Source: the human T2T-CHM13v2.0 reference genome, Homo sapiens. Taken from it: a DNA stretch of 64,000 bases. The stretch lies in NCBI RefSeq assembly GCF_009914755.1, contig NC_060938.1. One strand, 5' to 3'. Shown piece after piece: positions 13,990 through 26,700 of this stretch (its first letter is position 1; every line of letters begins with the position of its first letter). The notes under the pieces were generated by a model, which made no database searches, was not told the origin of the DNA, and saw only the letters and a list, made by a program, of their open reading frames with translations. The translations under genes were made by a program, and so were the position numbers.

Positions 13990-14190
13990 TTAGATTCCCA
14001 GTTCTGCCACTTAAGGCTGTAAGACTTTGGGAAAGCTTTTTAACCTCTTTGTATATCCTTTCTTATTCATAAAATGGGGGTAATAGGAGTACCTACTTCA
14101 CGGGGTTATAGGGGAGGACACATGAAGGATTCTGGACAGGGCTTGACACAAAGGAAGCATTATATAGATGTTAGAAGTTGTAATTATTCT
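13990..14190 (+). mobile_element. MIR SINE
   Basis: Contains ttcccagttctgccactta..gctgtaagactttggg..taaaatgggggtaata..tacctacttcac. Confidence 0.7.
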
Positions 14191-16082
14191 ACTAAAAGGA
14201 AGATGGGAGGATGAGTATTGAGGGACAATTAACAGTCTGTTTATGAGAGGAAAACCAGAGACTGGAGCTCTGCAGCCTGCCTCATTATTTGAGGTTTCTG
14301 GGTGGCCACCAACTTACTATAATTATTGAAGGTCCCAGGAACTTTTAAGCTCTAAGTCTGTCCTGCACACGTCTTGTTTAGACCTCCCTTGGGTCAGTCT
14401 GAGGAAGGTTTATTATCTTGTGTTTATGGTTTTGATCTCTTAATTTTTCATATATATTCTTCCTTCACTATAGCTTGTCATTAATATACCAAGGAAGTAA
14501 ACATTCTATTTATAACCAAATTAGTTTATAATTAGAATGTTAATTCTTATAGTAGATATATTTGTAAAAAGATGGCTGTAAAATGAAGTTTTCACATACT
14601 GAAATTCATTTCCAGTTGATGTCAGTTAGAAAATATGGATTAGTGGGAATGTAGGCAATATGCATTCTAGTTATTTCTCACTCCTTTTTCTGCAAGACAT
14701 CATCCCATGTCTTCGTCTGGTGAGGTGGGCTTTGTGGTACTGTATGTATACACACCTACCTCTGCAGTTCCAAAATTAGCTGCTTAGAGCACTATTCCAG
14801 AAATGATTCTGTGTGCCATGATAGTAGGATAGTGGGTTAAGTACACTCGGGAAATATTGCATGTTGTTTCTTCCACCTGGAGATTCATAACTCTTTGAAT
14901 CTCATTACATTAGCATTTTAAAAAAAGCATGAGAAAGATCATAAGGAAAATCCTGTTTAATTTTTTTTAGATCTCTTCACAAACTCATTTGAAGATGAAC
15001 TTTTTTGGCTTATTGGTTTGTTATTGGCTATAGCCATTTGGAAAAACGGGGTTTTTGTATATAATGATTTTGGCAGTATGAGAGATCCCGATCTATCTCT
15101 GAGTTGCCTGTGGTTCCTGCTCTTAATTGTCATTAGAGTCAAACTTAAAGATAAAGCTTACTACCCTGTTCAGCTAGAGAGAAAGTAGCAAGAAGATGGT
15201 CACTGGTGAGAGAAAAGGGTTTGACATTGCCTGATTCATGGTGCTGACAACTCTATTCTTTTAGGCATTGATCCAAGACAAACTTTTCAGACTGAAATGT
15301 TTTCAAAAGAGTGTCCTTAGGCCCTAGAAACCAATTTTGTATGCTAATGATAAATTACATGAGTTAAAAATTTGACTAATATTCTATATAAAAGAATTAA
15401 ATATATCCATGTGAGGAATCTCTGTGGAAAAAGCAGAAAACTTGAGATTTAATTTTAAAAATAAAGTATAAGAATGATAGGTACATAGAGTTTTTTTGTA
15501 AACAGCTTCCCCAACTGTTTTGTATATTTAAAATGGAGGTCATCACCATGCATCCTGAAAAACCGAGTTCTTTTCTTGTGCTAGAGATAATGTGTGGATT
15601 AGTGGTGTTTGTGAATGTAGGTATTTAACAATTTGGGTGCATGGTAGCCTTCTACTGAGTATAAATTTAAACCCTCTTCTTATGGTAAGGGTTGATTTTG
15701 TTTCTGGCTATTGTTTCAAATCTAAATTGAGTAATACTGTACCATTAGAAATTAAAACAATGAAGACAACTTATTTAACAAAATATACACTTTAAATTCT
15801 GATTTAAATATACTCAATATAGACATTTAGAAGATAGAGAAAAATATAAATAATTAAATTACCCATTTCTAATGGCTAGCAACCACTGTTAATATTTTGG
15901 TGTGTTTATTTAGTTTTTCTTATGCATATTAAAAAGTTTCAACATGTTTAAGAGATGATGCTATATGTACATTTGTATATTTTGGTTTACATAATTTTTT
16001 CATTGGTCTTAAGAATTTGTAGTAAATATAATTTCATCATGTAGAATTACACAGTCTACTTGATTCATTGTTATTTGAACAT

Positions 16083-16438
16083 TGATGTGGTTTGGCTCTG
16101 TGTCTCCACCCAAATCTCATCTGAAATTGTAATCTCCAGGTGCTGAGGGAGGGACCTGGTGGGAGATGATTGTATTATGGGGTGGTTTCACCTATGCCTT
16201 TCCCTGATAGTGAGTGAGCTCTCACGAGATCTGTTGGTTTTATAAGTGGCAGTTCCCCCCATTCTCTCTCCTGCTGCCATGTGAAGAAGGTCCTTGCTTC
16301 CCTTTTGCCTTCAGCAACGATCGTTAGTTTCCTGAGGCCTCCTAGCCATGCGGAACTGAGTCAGTTAAACCTTTTTCCCTTATAAATTGCCCAGTCTCAG
16401 GGAAGTTCTTTATAGCGGTTTGAAAATGGACTAATACA
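16083..16438 (+). mobile_element. THE1D-type MaLR solo LTR (sense to PELI2)
   Basis: Runs tgatgtggtttggctctgtgtctccacccaaatctcatc...aatggactaataca. TSD aacat/gacat. Confidence 0.9.
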
Positions 16439-17305
16439 GACATTCATGTTTACATTTTTTCCCCTTATAAACAGTGACATAATTAACATCTTTGTACATA
16501 AAACTTGACTTACATTTCAAATTTGTGTCCTTAGGATAGACCCTTCAAATTAGAATTATTAGCTCAAAGTACGTGAATACTTTTATAAGGGTGTTGATGA
16601 TTGTTGCTAAATTACTTTGTGGAGAGATTGTACTAAGTAACATTCTTAACGGTAGTATGTTAGAGCACTGTGTCATTTGATCAGAGTTTGGTGATTTGAT
16701 TGGCAAATAATGAAACCTTGCTTTAATTTGTGTTTTTTTGATTACTAATTGGATTTATATGTTAAAAAATGTTTGTTAGCCATTGTTATATTTTTTCTGT
16801 GGATTGTCTATTCATGTTCTTTGCCAGTTTTTCTCTTGTGTCTATGAAGATATCTGTGTCTTCCCTTTATTTGTAAAAATGTTTATTAAAGACACGAGGC
16901 TTTTGTCATGTTATTGCCAGTATTTTTTCTAGTTTTGTTGGATGTGTAATTTTATAATTTTTGATATGCAGAAGTTTCAGATTTTTATGTATTCAAGCAT
17001 ATCAATCTGTTGGGTTTTTTTTTTGGTTAATTTTTCATTGCTTTTATGTTAGGAACATTATTCCTGATTCAGGGATAAGATGAATAATTAACTGTTATTT
17101 TATTTTATGACTGTTCAGATCGATCTTTTGAGTATTTTAGAATTTATTTTGTGGTGGAATGTAAGATACAGCTTGAAACAATTCTTTTCTTTCAAAGTAG
17201 CTTCAGTTTCCCCAGCACAATCGATTAGATGATCCAACTTCTTTCTCATTGGTGGTCCTCTCTTCATCATACATTACTTTTAATACATCAACAGTCTATT
17301 TCTGA

Positions 17306-17656
<351 letters not shown>

Positions 17657-18364
17657 TCAGGTAATACATTGTTTTAATTATTGTAGCAACAGTGTTAGTT
17701 TTCTGCCTTCTTTTTCAGCAATTAGTACCCCTTATTTCCGTTTCAATTTTATTGATTAAGCTAAAACTTTTATAACAATATTTAGGAAAATGATAATAGT
17801 GGACATCCGTGTTTTGTTTCTGATTTTTAATTTAAGTACATCTACTGTTTTATCTTTAATTACGTGAAATAAATATTGTTTTATTCTTGGTTCTTAAAAA
17901 CAGTAATCTGGAATAATAAAGAATTTATCAAATGTCTTCTCAGTATCTGTAGTAAGTCTGAATTTGGAAGTTGTTTATAGATTGAGTTTTTATAGGTGAA
18001 TCATACTTTGTGAGTAACTTATATTGCAAATTCCAAAATGTGTCCCTAGAAAAAATGCTTCAACCCCAAGCAAAATATATTTTTTGATGCTGAAATGTTT
18101 CCTTTCCCTTAAAAGGCAGTAGGACATTTTCTTAATTACCAGTTAGAGAGAAAAACATCTTCAAGCAGAGAGAGAAAGAGAGTTTGAGAATGTCTTCCAG
18201 CCCTCCTGGCATTATTCCAACAAACTATTTTAGAAACATAATGTCCAAAAACTGTTAAATTCTAGAAATCCTGAGGACAGAATTGAACTAGCATTCACGG
18301 TTCTTCTGCTGATTGGCTGTGTGACCTTGAGGATGCTTCACTTGACATGATTGAAAATCTATAC

Positions 18365-18575
18365 CAGCACTGTCCAGTGTAACTTTCTGCAATGTTGGAA
18401 GTATTACATGTCTTACCTGTCCAGTATGGTAGCCACTGGCCACATGTAGCTGTTGAGCACTTGAAGTATGGCTAGTATGGAGAGCTAGATTTTAAATTTT
18501 ATATAACTGCAATTAATTCAAATTAAAATTTAAATGGCTGCATATGGCTAGTGGCTACTATGTTGGACAATACGG
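18365..18575 (+). mobile_element. MER3 (hAT-Charlie MITE) nested in a MIR remnant
   Basis: Contains cagcactgtcca..ggtagccactggccacatgtagct..tggctagtggctactatgttggaca. Perfect 8-bp TSD atctatac at 18357-18364 and 18576-18583. Confidence 0.9.
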
Positions 18576-19786
18576 ATCTATACAATGAATCATTATACCT
18601 ATAAGGTCATTTGTAGCTCTCAAACTGTGCCTCTCTGTGTAAGGCTGCAAATTACCCAAGAATCTTCTTACATTTCACGAATTTGTAAACTGGGAGATTT
18701 TGGAGAAAACTGCTGTTGTGTTCTGATTCTTGGATTTTTGATCATGTATTTATTCCCTGTATTCAGATTATGTACATGGCTGTTGACTGACTCCTAGCAT
18801 CCATGTAAAATATAACATGCTATTTGTGATAATTGCCAAGTTATTGTATTCATGTATTTTCGTGGCGTACATGAAGGGCTTCCCTCTTTGCAGCCAGTGG
18901 GTTAATGTGTCAAACTAAAATTAACTTCTAGGTAATATACTTTTGTAACACTGGAGAGTTGGTTGTGGCAAACATCATTTACTACAGAGAGGCTCAGAGG
19001 TACTTTTGAGTAATTGACCTGATTCACTTACTACTTTGCAGTTAGTAAGAAAATGTACTTCTAGAGAGTGCTTCGATTTCTTAAAATAAGCTTGAATTTG
19101 TATACATTTTATTTCTAATATTTTCTAATCTCATGGTTCAGCTATTAGTTATATGTAGATATTCTAGAAATAGAAGAATCTTCTTTAGAAAAGTCTTATG
19201 AAGGGGATGAATCCATGTAGCATCAATATACACAATGTAAAGCTGTGAATGGCTTTATGCTTTGTAGCTCATTAAAAAGTGTTTATATTTCACATAAAAT
19301 CACTCCCCCCCCAAAAAAATCTCTCAGGGGTAATTGAACAAAGCCAAAATGATTTGTAAAAATTATCATTTTGAGAATTTGTTTCTGTACAATAGCAATT
19401 AAGTATCTCCTTAGTAAGTAATTTGTTTGGCTGTTGTCCATTAATGTTCAAAGTTGGATTTGCTCGATCTGGCATGTCTGTATTTCCAGGAATTTTGAAA
19501 AATTCTCTAAGCATATTCAAAAAGTTTAAAGTAAATATATATTAGCATGATTCTTAGGAGTAGTAAGAAAGGCATGCCATGAAATGTTAAAAGGAAAAGA
19601 CACTGGAAGTAATTATTTTAGTAGTTAGGTATGATACAGAGGATTCCAATGCTAGTTTCAATTTCCGGCTTTAATACCTAGTCTCAAACTTAGGGCAATA
19701 ATCAGATTTCTGTGTACCATCAAGTTTCTTTATTTGAAATGTTAGATGATAGGGCCAATGTTACTATGTTACTGTTTCATTTATAG

Positions 19787-20427
<641 letters not shown>

Positions 20428-20896
20428 GAGATTATTTTTTAAGAGACTTCTTACTATAGTAGAAGTTGTATATAAACAGATTTAAAAGAGTCAGTGTTTT
20501 GCCAAATAATTAAAAATTTTCCTAATTATTTTGTATCTAAAATTGATCATTAGAGATTAAGATATTTGTGCACACACATTATTTGGCTTATTTGAGGGAC
20601 CACAGATTTTAAAAGACATAGTGATTTATTGGAAAGAAAAATAAAAGACATACAATTTAATATTACCATCTGTCTTCTTTAATATATACTCATTTTTAAA
20701 AAGAATCTGATTTTCTTACAACTGATATTAAAAGGGAGACATTTGAAGTTATCCTTAATTTTAGACTTCTTTCTGAAAGAGTATTCTTTATATATAAAAC
20801 GTTCAGAGGGTATATATTTGGTATTTTATGTGTATTTAGCTCACAGTCTTTAGATACAGAGGAAGCTGCTTAAGTTAATTTGCATGTGAAACACAG

Positions 20897-21210
20897 AGTA
20901 TCAGCTAATTATTGCCATATGATGCTGTGTAACAAATCATCCCGAAACTCAGTGACTTAAAACAATTGTTTGCTCTCTCGACTCCGTGGGCTGGTTGAGG
21001 AGGCACTGCTTTAGGCTGTGGTGGAGTGGCTTTGCGCCTGCTGTGTGGATGTGGTCTGGGTCTTCTCCAAGTGTCTCTCATTCTCCTTGGCATGGCAGGC
21101 TAGCTGGACATGTTCTTCCTGTGGCCATGGCAGAGATGCCAGAGTATAATACCAACTGCCAGGCACATTTCATGCCAAAGCAAGTCACATGGTCTAACCC
21201 CAAAATTATT
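20897..21210 (-). mobile_element. Old MLT1 (H/I-like) LTR
   Basis: Contains atgctgtgtaacaaatcatcccgaaactcagtgacttaaaacaa..gccaaagcaagtcacatgg. Confidence 0.7.
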
Positions 21211-23071
21211 AATTGGTAAAATATGTAAAGTATGGAGTATAAAAATGGCTCTCATTCAGGAATAAGATATAATAACAAACCTTTACCTGGTGGTTCTTGC
21301 ATTATACAAATAAGTACTATACTGATCTATTTGTTGCTACACTTTGTTTTTTTCTCTTGGTGTGATATTTTCTCTTCTTTTGGGAATCAAAAATTACTGC
21401 AGGGCAATACTTAAAAAATAATTTTTACCCATAGGGTAAAAAAAATTATTTGACATAAAGAACTAATGTTATGTTAATATATACTTAAGTGGCGATATTT
21501 TGGATTGTTAGAGCCAACAGCAGCATACAAGAAACAGTCTTTAAGAGTAACATAAATAGCCTTCCTGATTCCCAGTACTTTGCCCACCTTCAAGTTGGTC
21601 AGTGAAAAGTGCTCTGCTGTTGACCCTCCAGCAATGCTCAGAAGTCAGATTCAGAACAATAAAAACATCTTGTATGATTCAATAACAGTACCTATTTGAG
21701 ATGAAAAAGAAGAGGAGAAGGACTTCAAAAAGGCAAGCAGCTAAATATTAGATAATATAGTTCTTTTCATAAACAGTTTCTTTGTTTTTTTTTTTTTTAG
21801 GTAGACTGGATTTGTTTTGCATGTTCTTTTTGTGTGTGGCCTGGTTGGAGGAAGAAGTAGGGAAATTTGGCTTTCAAGAATTAATAGGGATTGGAATAAA
21901 TGCAGGAAGTAACAGAGTGCTTGCCCAGGGATTAGTGTTAAGTGTGGTACTAATGAGGCTGGGGTTGGGAGTCAGTCGAGGCCTCCTGTGAGCCAGTTAA
22001 CTCTGCCCTTACCTCCCCACACCACACTGTCCCAGAACCAAAACCATATGGTGTTATGCTTTTCTACTTTATGAGGCAGGAAACAGACTCTGAGAAGTTA
22101 AGGGATATGTGCAAAGTCACATTTGGCATTGGAGGCAGAGCCAGGACACAGTCCTCCTCTTCCCTTTGCACCAGGTCTTTTACTTCGGGTGAGGGTAGGG
22201 GGCTGATGAATGATGGTGTGTGGGTACATAAATACAGGAAGAACAGGTTAAAACTTAATGAACATGGGAGTGGTACTGTGTTTCTGATATTAAGAACTTT
22301 TTAATAGCCTTGGGAAGCATTTTGGCATGGGGAAGCTGGAAAACTTCAAGATAAGAAAAAGGTTACCTGAAAGTTAACTGCCACATCTCAATTGCTATAA
22401 AGATTTGGGGGTCTTCTGTAAACTGCAGCAACATATCAAAGCCAGTAGTTAACCTAGCAATGACAGCCTCCACCTTTCTTAGACGGGATGCCAGTATTTT
22501 AGTTGGATGAAACGCCTCCTGTATTGATACTGAATTGAAATGTTTGAAAGAATTTTGGGATCTTTTAAAAACTGAATTTGTAACTGTGTTACTATCTGTG
22601 TAGCTGAGGGAACTGGGGCCCATCTTAGTTATGGTTTAGGTAAGTTCACAGCATCAGCTAGGAAAAGAGGTAGAGCTGGAATCCCTCTCTCATGATCCTT
22701 AGACCCCTGCCGTTATTTTCACACAAATGTGGTGACTTTTATTGGGCCCCTCCTCTTTTTTAAGGTTCCCTGTAGAGGTAAAGGGGATTATGCAAAGAAA
22801 TATGAAACCTCTCAACAGCCAGTAGAGATGTGTAAGATAATGGAAGATGAACTTACGTTGTCACACAGGTCTGGCATAGAAGACTGTTATTAAGGTTCCA
22901 TGACTAGAATCACACGTGTAAGACATGCCAGGAAATAGCCCCTCAAAGACATCAGAGTAGCATCCCAATTCAAAGCTTACTATTCTGCTTTCATTTATTT
23001 CTTTTTTTCCTGTTGTGCTTTCTAAGTCCTTTTTATTAGCATTTGTCAGGGGTCTTTCATCTGTTCATCTG

Positions 23072-23345
23072 TTTTTTTTTTTTTGGTGGTGGTTGTTTTT
23101 GAAACAGTCTAGCTTTGGTGCCAGGCTGGAGTGCAGTGGCGTGATCTCAGCTCACTGCAAACTCCACCTCCCAAGTAGCTGGGACTACAGGTACGCGCCA
23201 CCACACCCAGCTAAGTTTTGTATTTTTAGTAGAGATGGAGTTTCACCATGTTGGTCAGGATGGTCTCGATCTCTTGACCTCGCGATCCATCCGCCTTGGC
23301 CTCCCAAAGTGCTGGGATTACAGGCGTGAGCCACAGCGCCTGGCT
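23072..23345 (-). mobile_element. AluSc-type SINE with ~32-bp internal deletion
   Basis: AluSc diagnostic gatggtctcgatctcttgacctcg. The junction ctccacctccc|aagtagctgg lacks gggttcaagcgattctcctgcctcagcctccc. TSD resembles gggtctttcat(at)ctgtt. Confidence 0.92.
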
Positions 23346-23742
23346 GGGTCTTTCATATCTGTTACCTTGACTATCTTGCCTACCTGGCTGAGTCTGTCAA
23401 AAGACAGGGTGTCTTTTTGTTTCCTAAGCCCCTTAACATCCAGCCCTGGGACTAACATGCCCCATGCACATTATTTGATGCATTTTGAATGAATACATAT
23501 ATATATTTTTTTTTTCAGTTATATCTTAAGCAGCTACTTGGAGCAAAGACCATTTCCAGCTAGGAATGGGGACTTGAATCTATTGTAAGGCCAAGCCAGG
23601 GAACATATTCTGAATGAACTGATGTTTACAAAGCTGCTGCAGGTTATCTCTAAAAAGTCTGTTGTGGCACTACCATATTAGTTCTCTGGCCAGAAATCAA
23701 ACCTACGTACTTTGTAAGACTTTCCCATATGCAACATTTCTT

Positions 23743-26700
23743 TTTTTTCCTTTTTAAAAAAATTTTGGTGGGTGCACAGTAGGTGTATATATTTAGGGGT
23801 ACATGAGATGTTTTGATACAGGCATGCAATGTGAAATAACCACATTATGGAGAACAGGGTATCCATCCCCTCAAGCATGTGAGTTACACACAATCCGATT
23901 ACATTCTGTAAATTATTTTAAAATGTACAACTAAGTTATTATTGACTGTAGCCACCTTATTGCGCTATTAAATAGTAGGTCTTACTCATTTTTCTATTTT
24001 TTTTTTTAAATACCCGTTAACCATCCCTACCTTCCTCTTGGCCTTCCCAGCCACTGGTGACCATCTTTCTACTCTCTATGTCCGTGAGTTCAGTTGTTTT
24101 GGTTTTTAGATCTTACAAATAAGTGAGAACATGTGATGTTTGTTTTTCTGTGCCTGGCCCATTTCACTTAACATAGTGACTTCCAGTTCCATCCACATTG
24201 TTGCAAATAACTGGATCTTATTTCCTTTTATGGCTGAATAGTACTCCATTGCGTATATGTACATTTTCTCTATCCATTCATCTGTTGATGGATACCTAGG
24301 TTGCTTCCAAATCTTAGCTCTTGTAAACAGTGCTGCAGCAAACATAGGAATGCAGATATCTCTTTGATGTACTGATTTCCTTTCTTTTTGGTATATACCC
24401 AGTAGTGAGATTGCTGAGTCATATGGTGCTCAATTTTTAGTTTTTTGAGGAACCTCCAAACTGTTCTTATAGTGGTTGTACTAATTTACATTCCCAACAA
24501 CAATGTACAAGGGTTCCCTTTTCTCCATGTCCTTGCCAGCATTTATTATTGCCTGTCGTTTGGATAAAAGCCATTTGAACTGGGGTGAAATGATATCTCA
24601 TTGTAGTTTTTATTTGCATTTCTCTGATGATCAGTTATGTTGAGCACCTGTTTGTCATTTGTATGTCTTTCTTTGAGAAATGTCTATTTAAATCTTTAGC
24701 CCATGTTTTGATGGGATTGTTAGATTTTTTTTTGTTTGAGCTCCTTATATATTCTGGTTATTAATCCCTTGTCAAAGAATAGTTTTAAAATATTTTCTCC
24801 CATTCTGTGCGTTTTCTCTTTATTGATTGTATCCTTTGCTGTGCAGAAACTTTTTAACTTGATGTGACAAATGGCGCTTTGGTTGCCTGTGCTTGTGGAG
24901 TATTATTCAGGAAATTTTTGACTAGGCCAGTGTCCTGGAGATTTTCCCCAGTGTTTGCTTGTAGTAATTTCATAGTTTGAGGTCTTAGATTTAAATCTTT
25001 AATGCATTTTGATTTGATTTTTGTATATGGTGAGAGATAGTGGTCTAGTTTCATTTTTCTGCATATGGATATCCAGTTTTCCCAGCACCATTTATTGAAG
25101 AGACTTTTTCCCAGCGTATGTTCTTAGTACATTTGTCAAAAATGAGTTCACTGTGGGTGTGTGGATTTGTTTCAGGGTTCTCTATTCTGTTCCATTGGTC
25201 TATGTGTCTATTTTTATACCAGTACCATGCTGTTTTGGTTATTGTACCTCTGTAGTGTAATTTTAAGTCAGGTAATGTGATTTCTCCGGTTTCATTCTTT
25301 ATACTTAGGACAGCTTTGGCTATTCTGGGTCTTTTGTTGCTCTGTATAATTTTTAGGATTTTTTTTTTCTATTTCTGTGGAGGATGTTACTGGTATTTCA
25401 ATAGGGATTTCATTGAATCTGTAGATTGCTTTGGGTAGTATGGACATTTGAATAATATTTATTTTTCCAATCCATGAACATGGGATGTCTTTTCATTTTT
25501 TGGTGTCCTCTTCAGTGTTATGCAGTTTTCATTATAGAGATCTTTCACTTGACTCGTTAATTCCTAGGTATTTAATTTTATGTGTGGCTATTGTAAATGG
25601 GATTACTTTTAAAATTTCTTTTTCATGTTGTTCAGTATTGGCACATAGAAATGCTACTGACTTTTGTATGTTGATTTTGTATTCTGCAACTTTACTGAAT
25701 TTGTTGATCAATTCTAATAGTTTTCTTGTAGTCTTTACAGTTTTCCAAATATAAGATTATATTATCTGCAAACAAGGATAATTTGACTTCCTACTTTCTG
25801 GTTTGGATGCCCTTTACATCTTATCTGATTACTGTAGCTAGGACCTCCAGTACTATGTTGAGTAATGGTGGCGACAGTGGGCATCGTTGTTATGTTCCAG
25901 ATCTTAAAGGAAAGGCTTTTCCCCATTCCGTATGATACTAGCTGTGGGTCTGTCATATATAGCTCTTATTATGTTGAGGTATGTTCATTCTATGCCTAGT
26001 TTTTTGAGTGCTTTTATCATGAAGGGATGTTGAATTTTGTCAAATGCTTTTTAAGCATCAATTGAAGGATAAATCCATTTTATCCTTCATTGTGTTGATA
26101 CAGTGTATCATATTGATTGATTTGCATATGTTGAACCATCCTTGCATCCCAGGAATAAATCCCACTTGGTCATGGTGAATGTTCTTTCTAATGTATTGTT
26201 GAATTAGGTTTGCTAGTATTTTGTTGTGGATTTTTGCATCATTATTCACCAGAGATATTAGCCTGTAGTTTTCTTTTTTTGATGTGTCTTCATGTGGTTT
26301 TGGTATCAGGGAAATATTGGCCTCATAGAATAAGTTTGGAAAGTATTCCCTCCTCTATTTTTTGGAATAGTTTGAGTAGGATTGGTATTAGTTCTTCTTT
26401 AAATGCTTGGTAGAATTCAGCAGTGAAGTCACCAGGTTCCGGGCTTTTCTTTACTGGGAGACTTCTTGTTACAGCTTTGATCTTACTTGTTATTGGTCTG
26501 TTCAGGTTTTGGATTTCTTCCTGGTTCAATCTTTGTAAGTTGTGTGTATCTAGGAATTTTTCCATTTCTTCTAGATTTTCTAATTTATTGGCATATAGTT
26601 GCTCATGATAGCCACTAATGATCATTTGGATTTCTGCAGTAGTATCAGTTGTAATGTCTTCTTTTTCATTTCTGGTTTTATTTATTTGGGTCTTGTCTCT

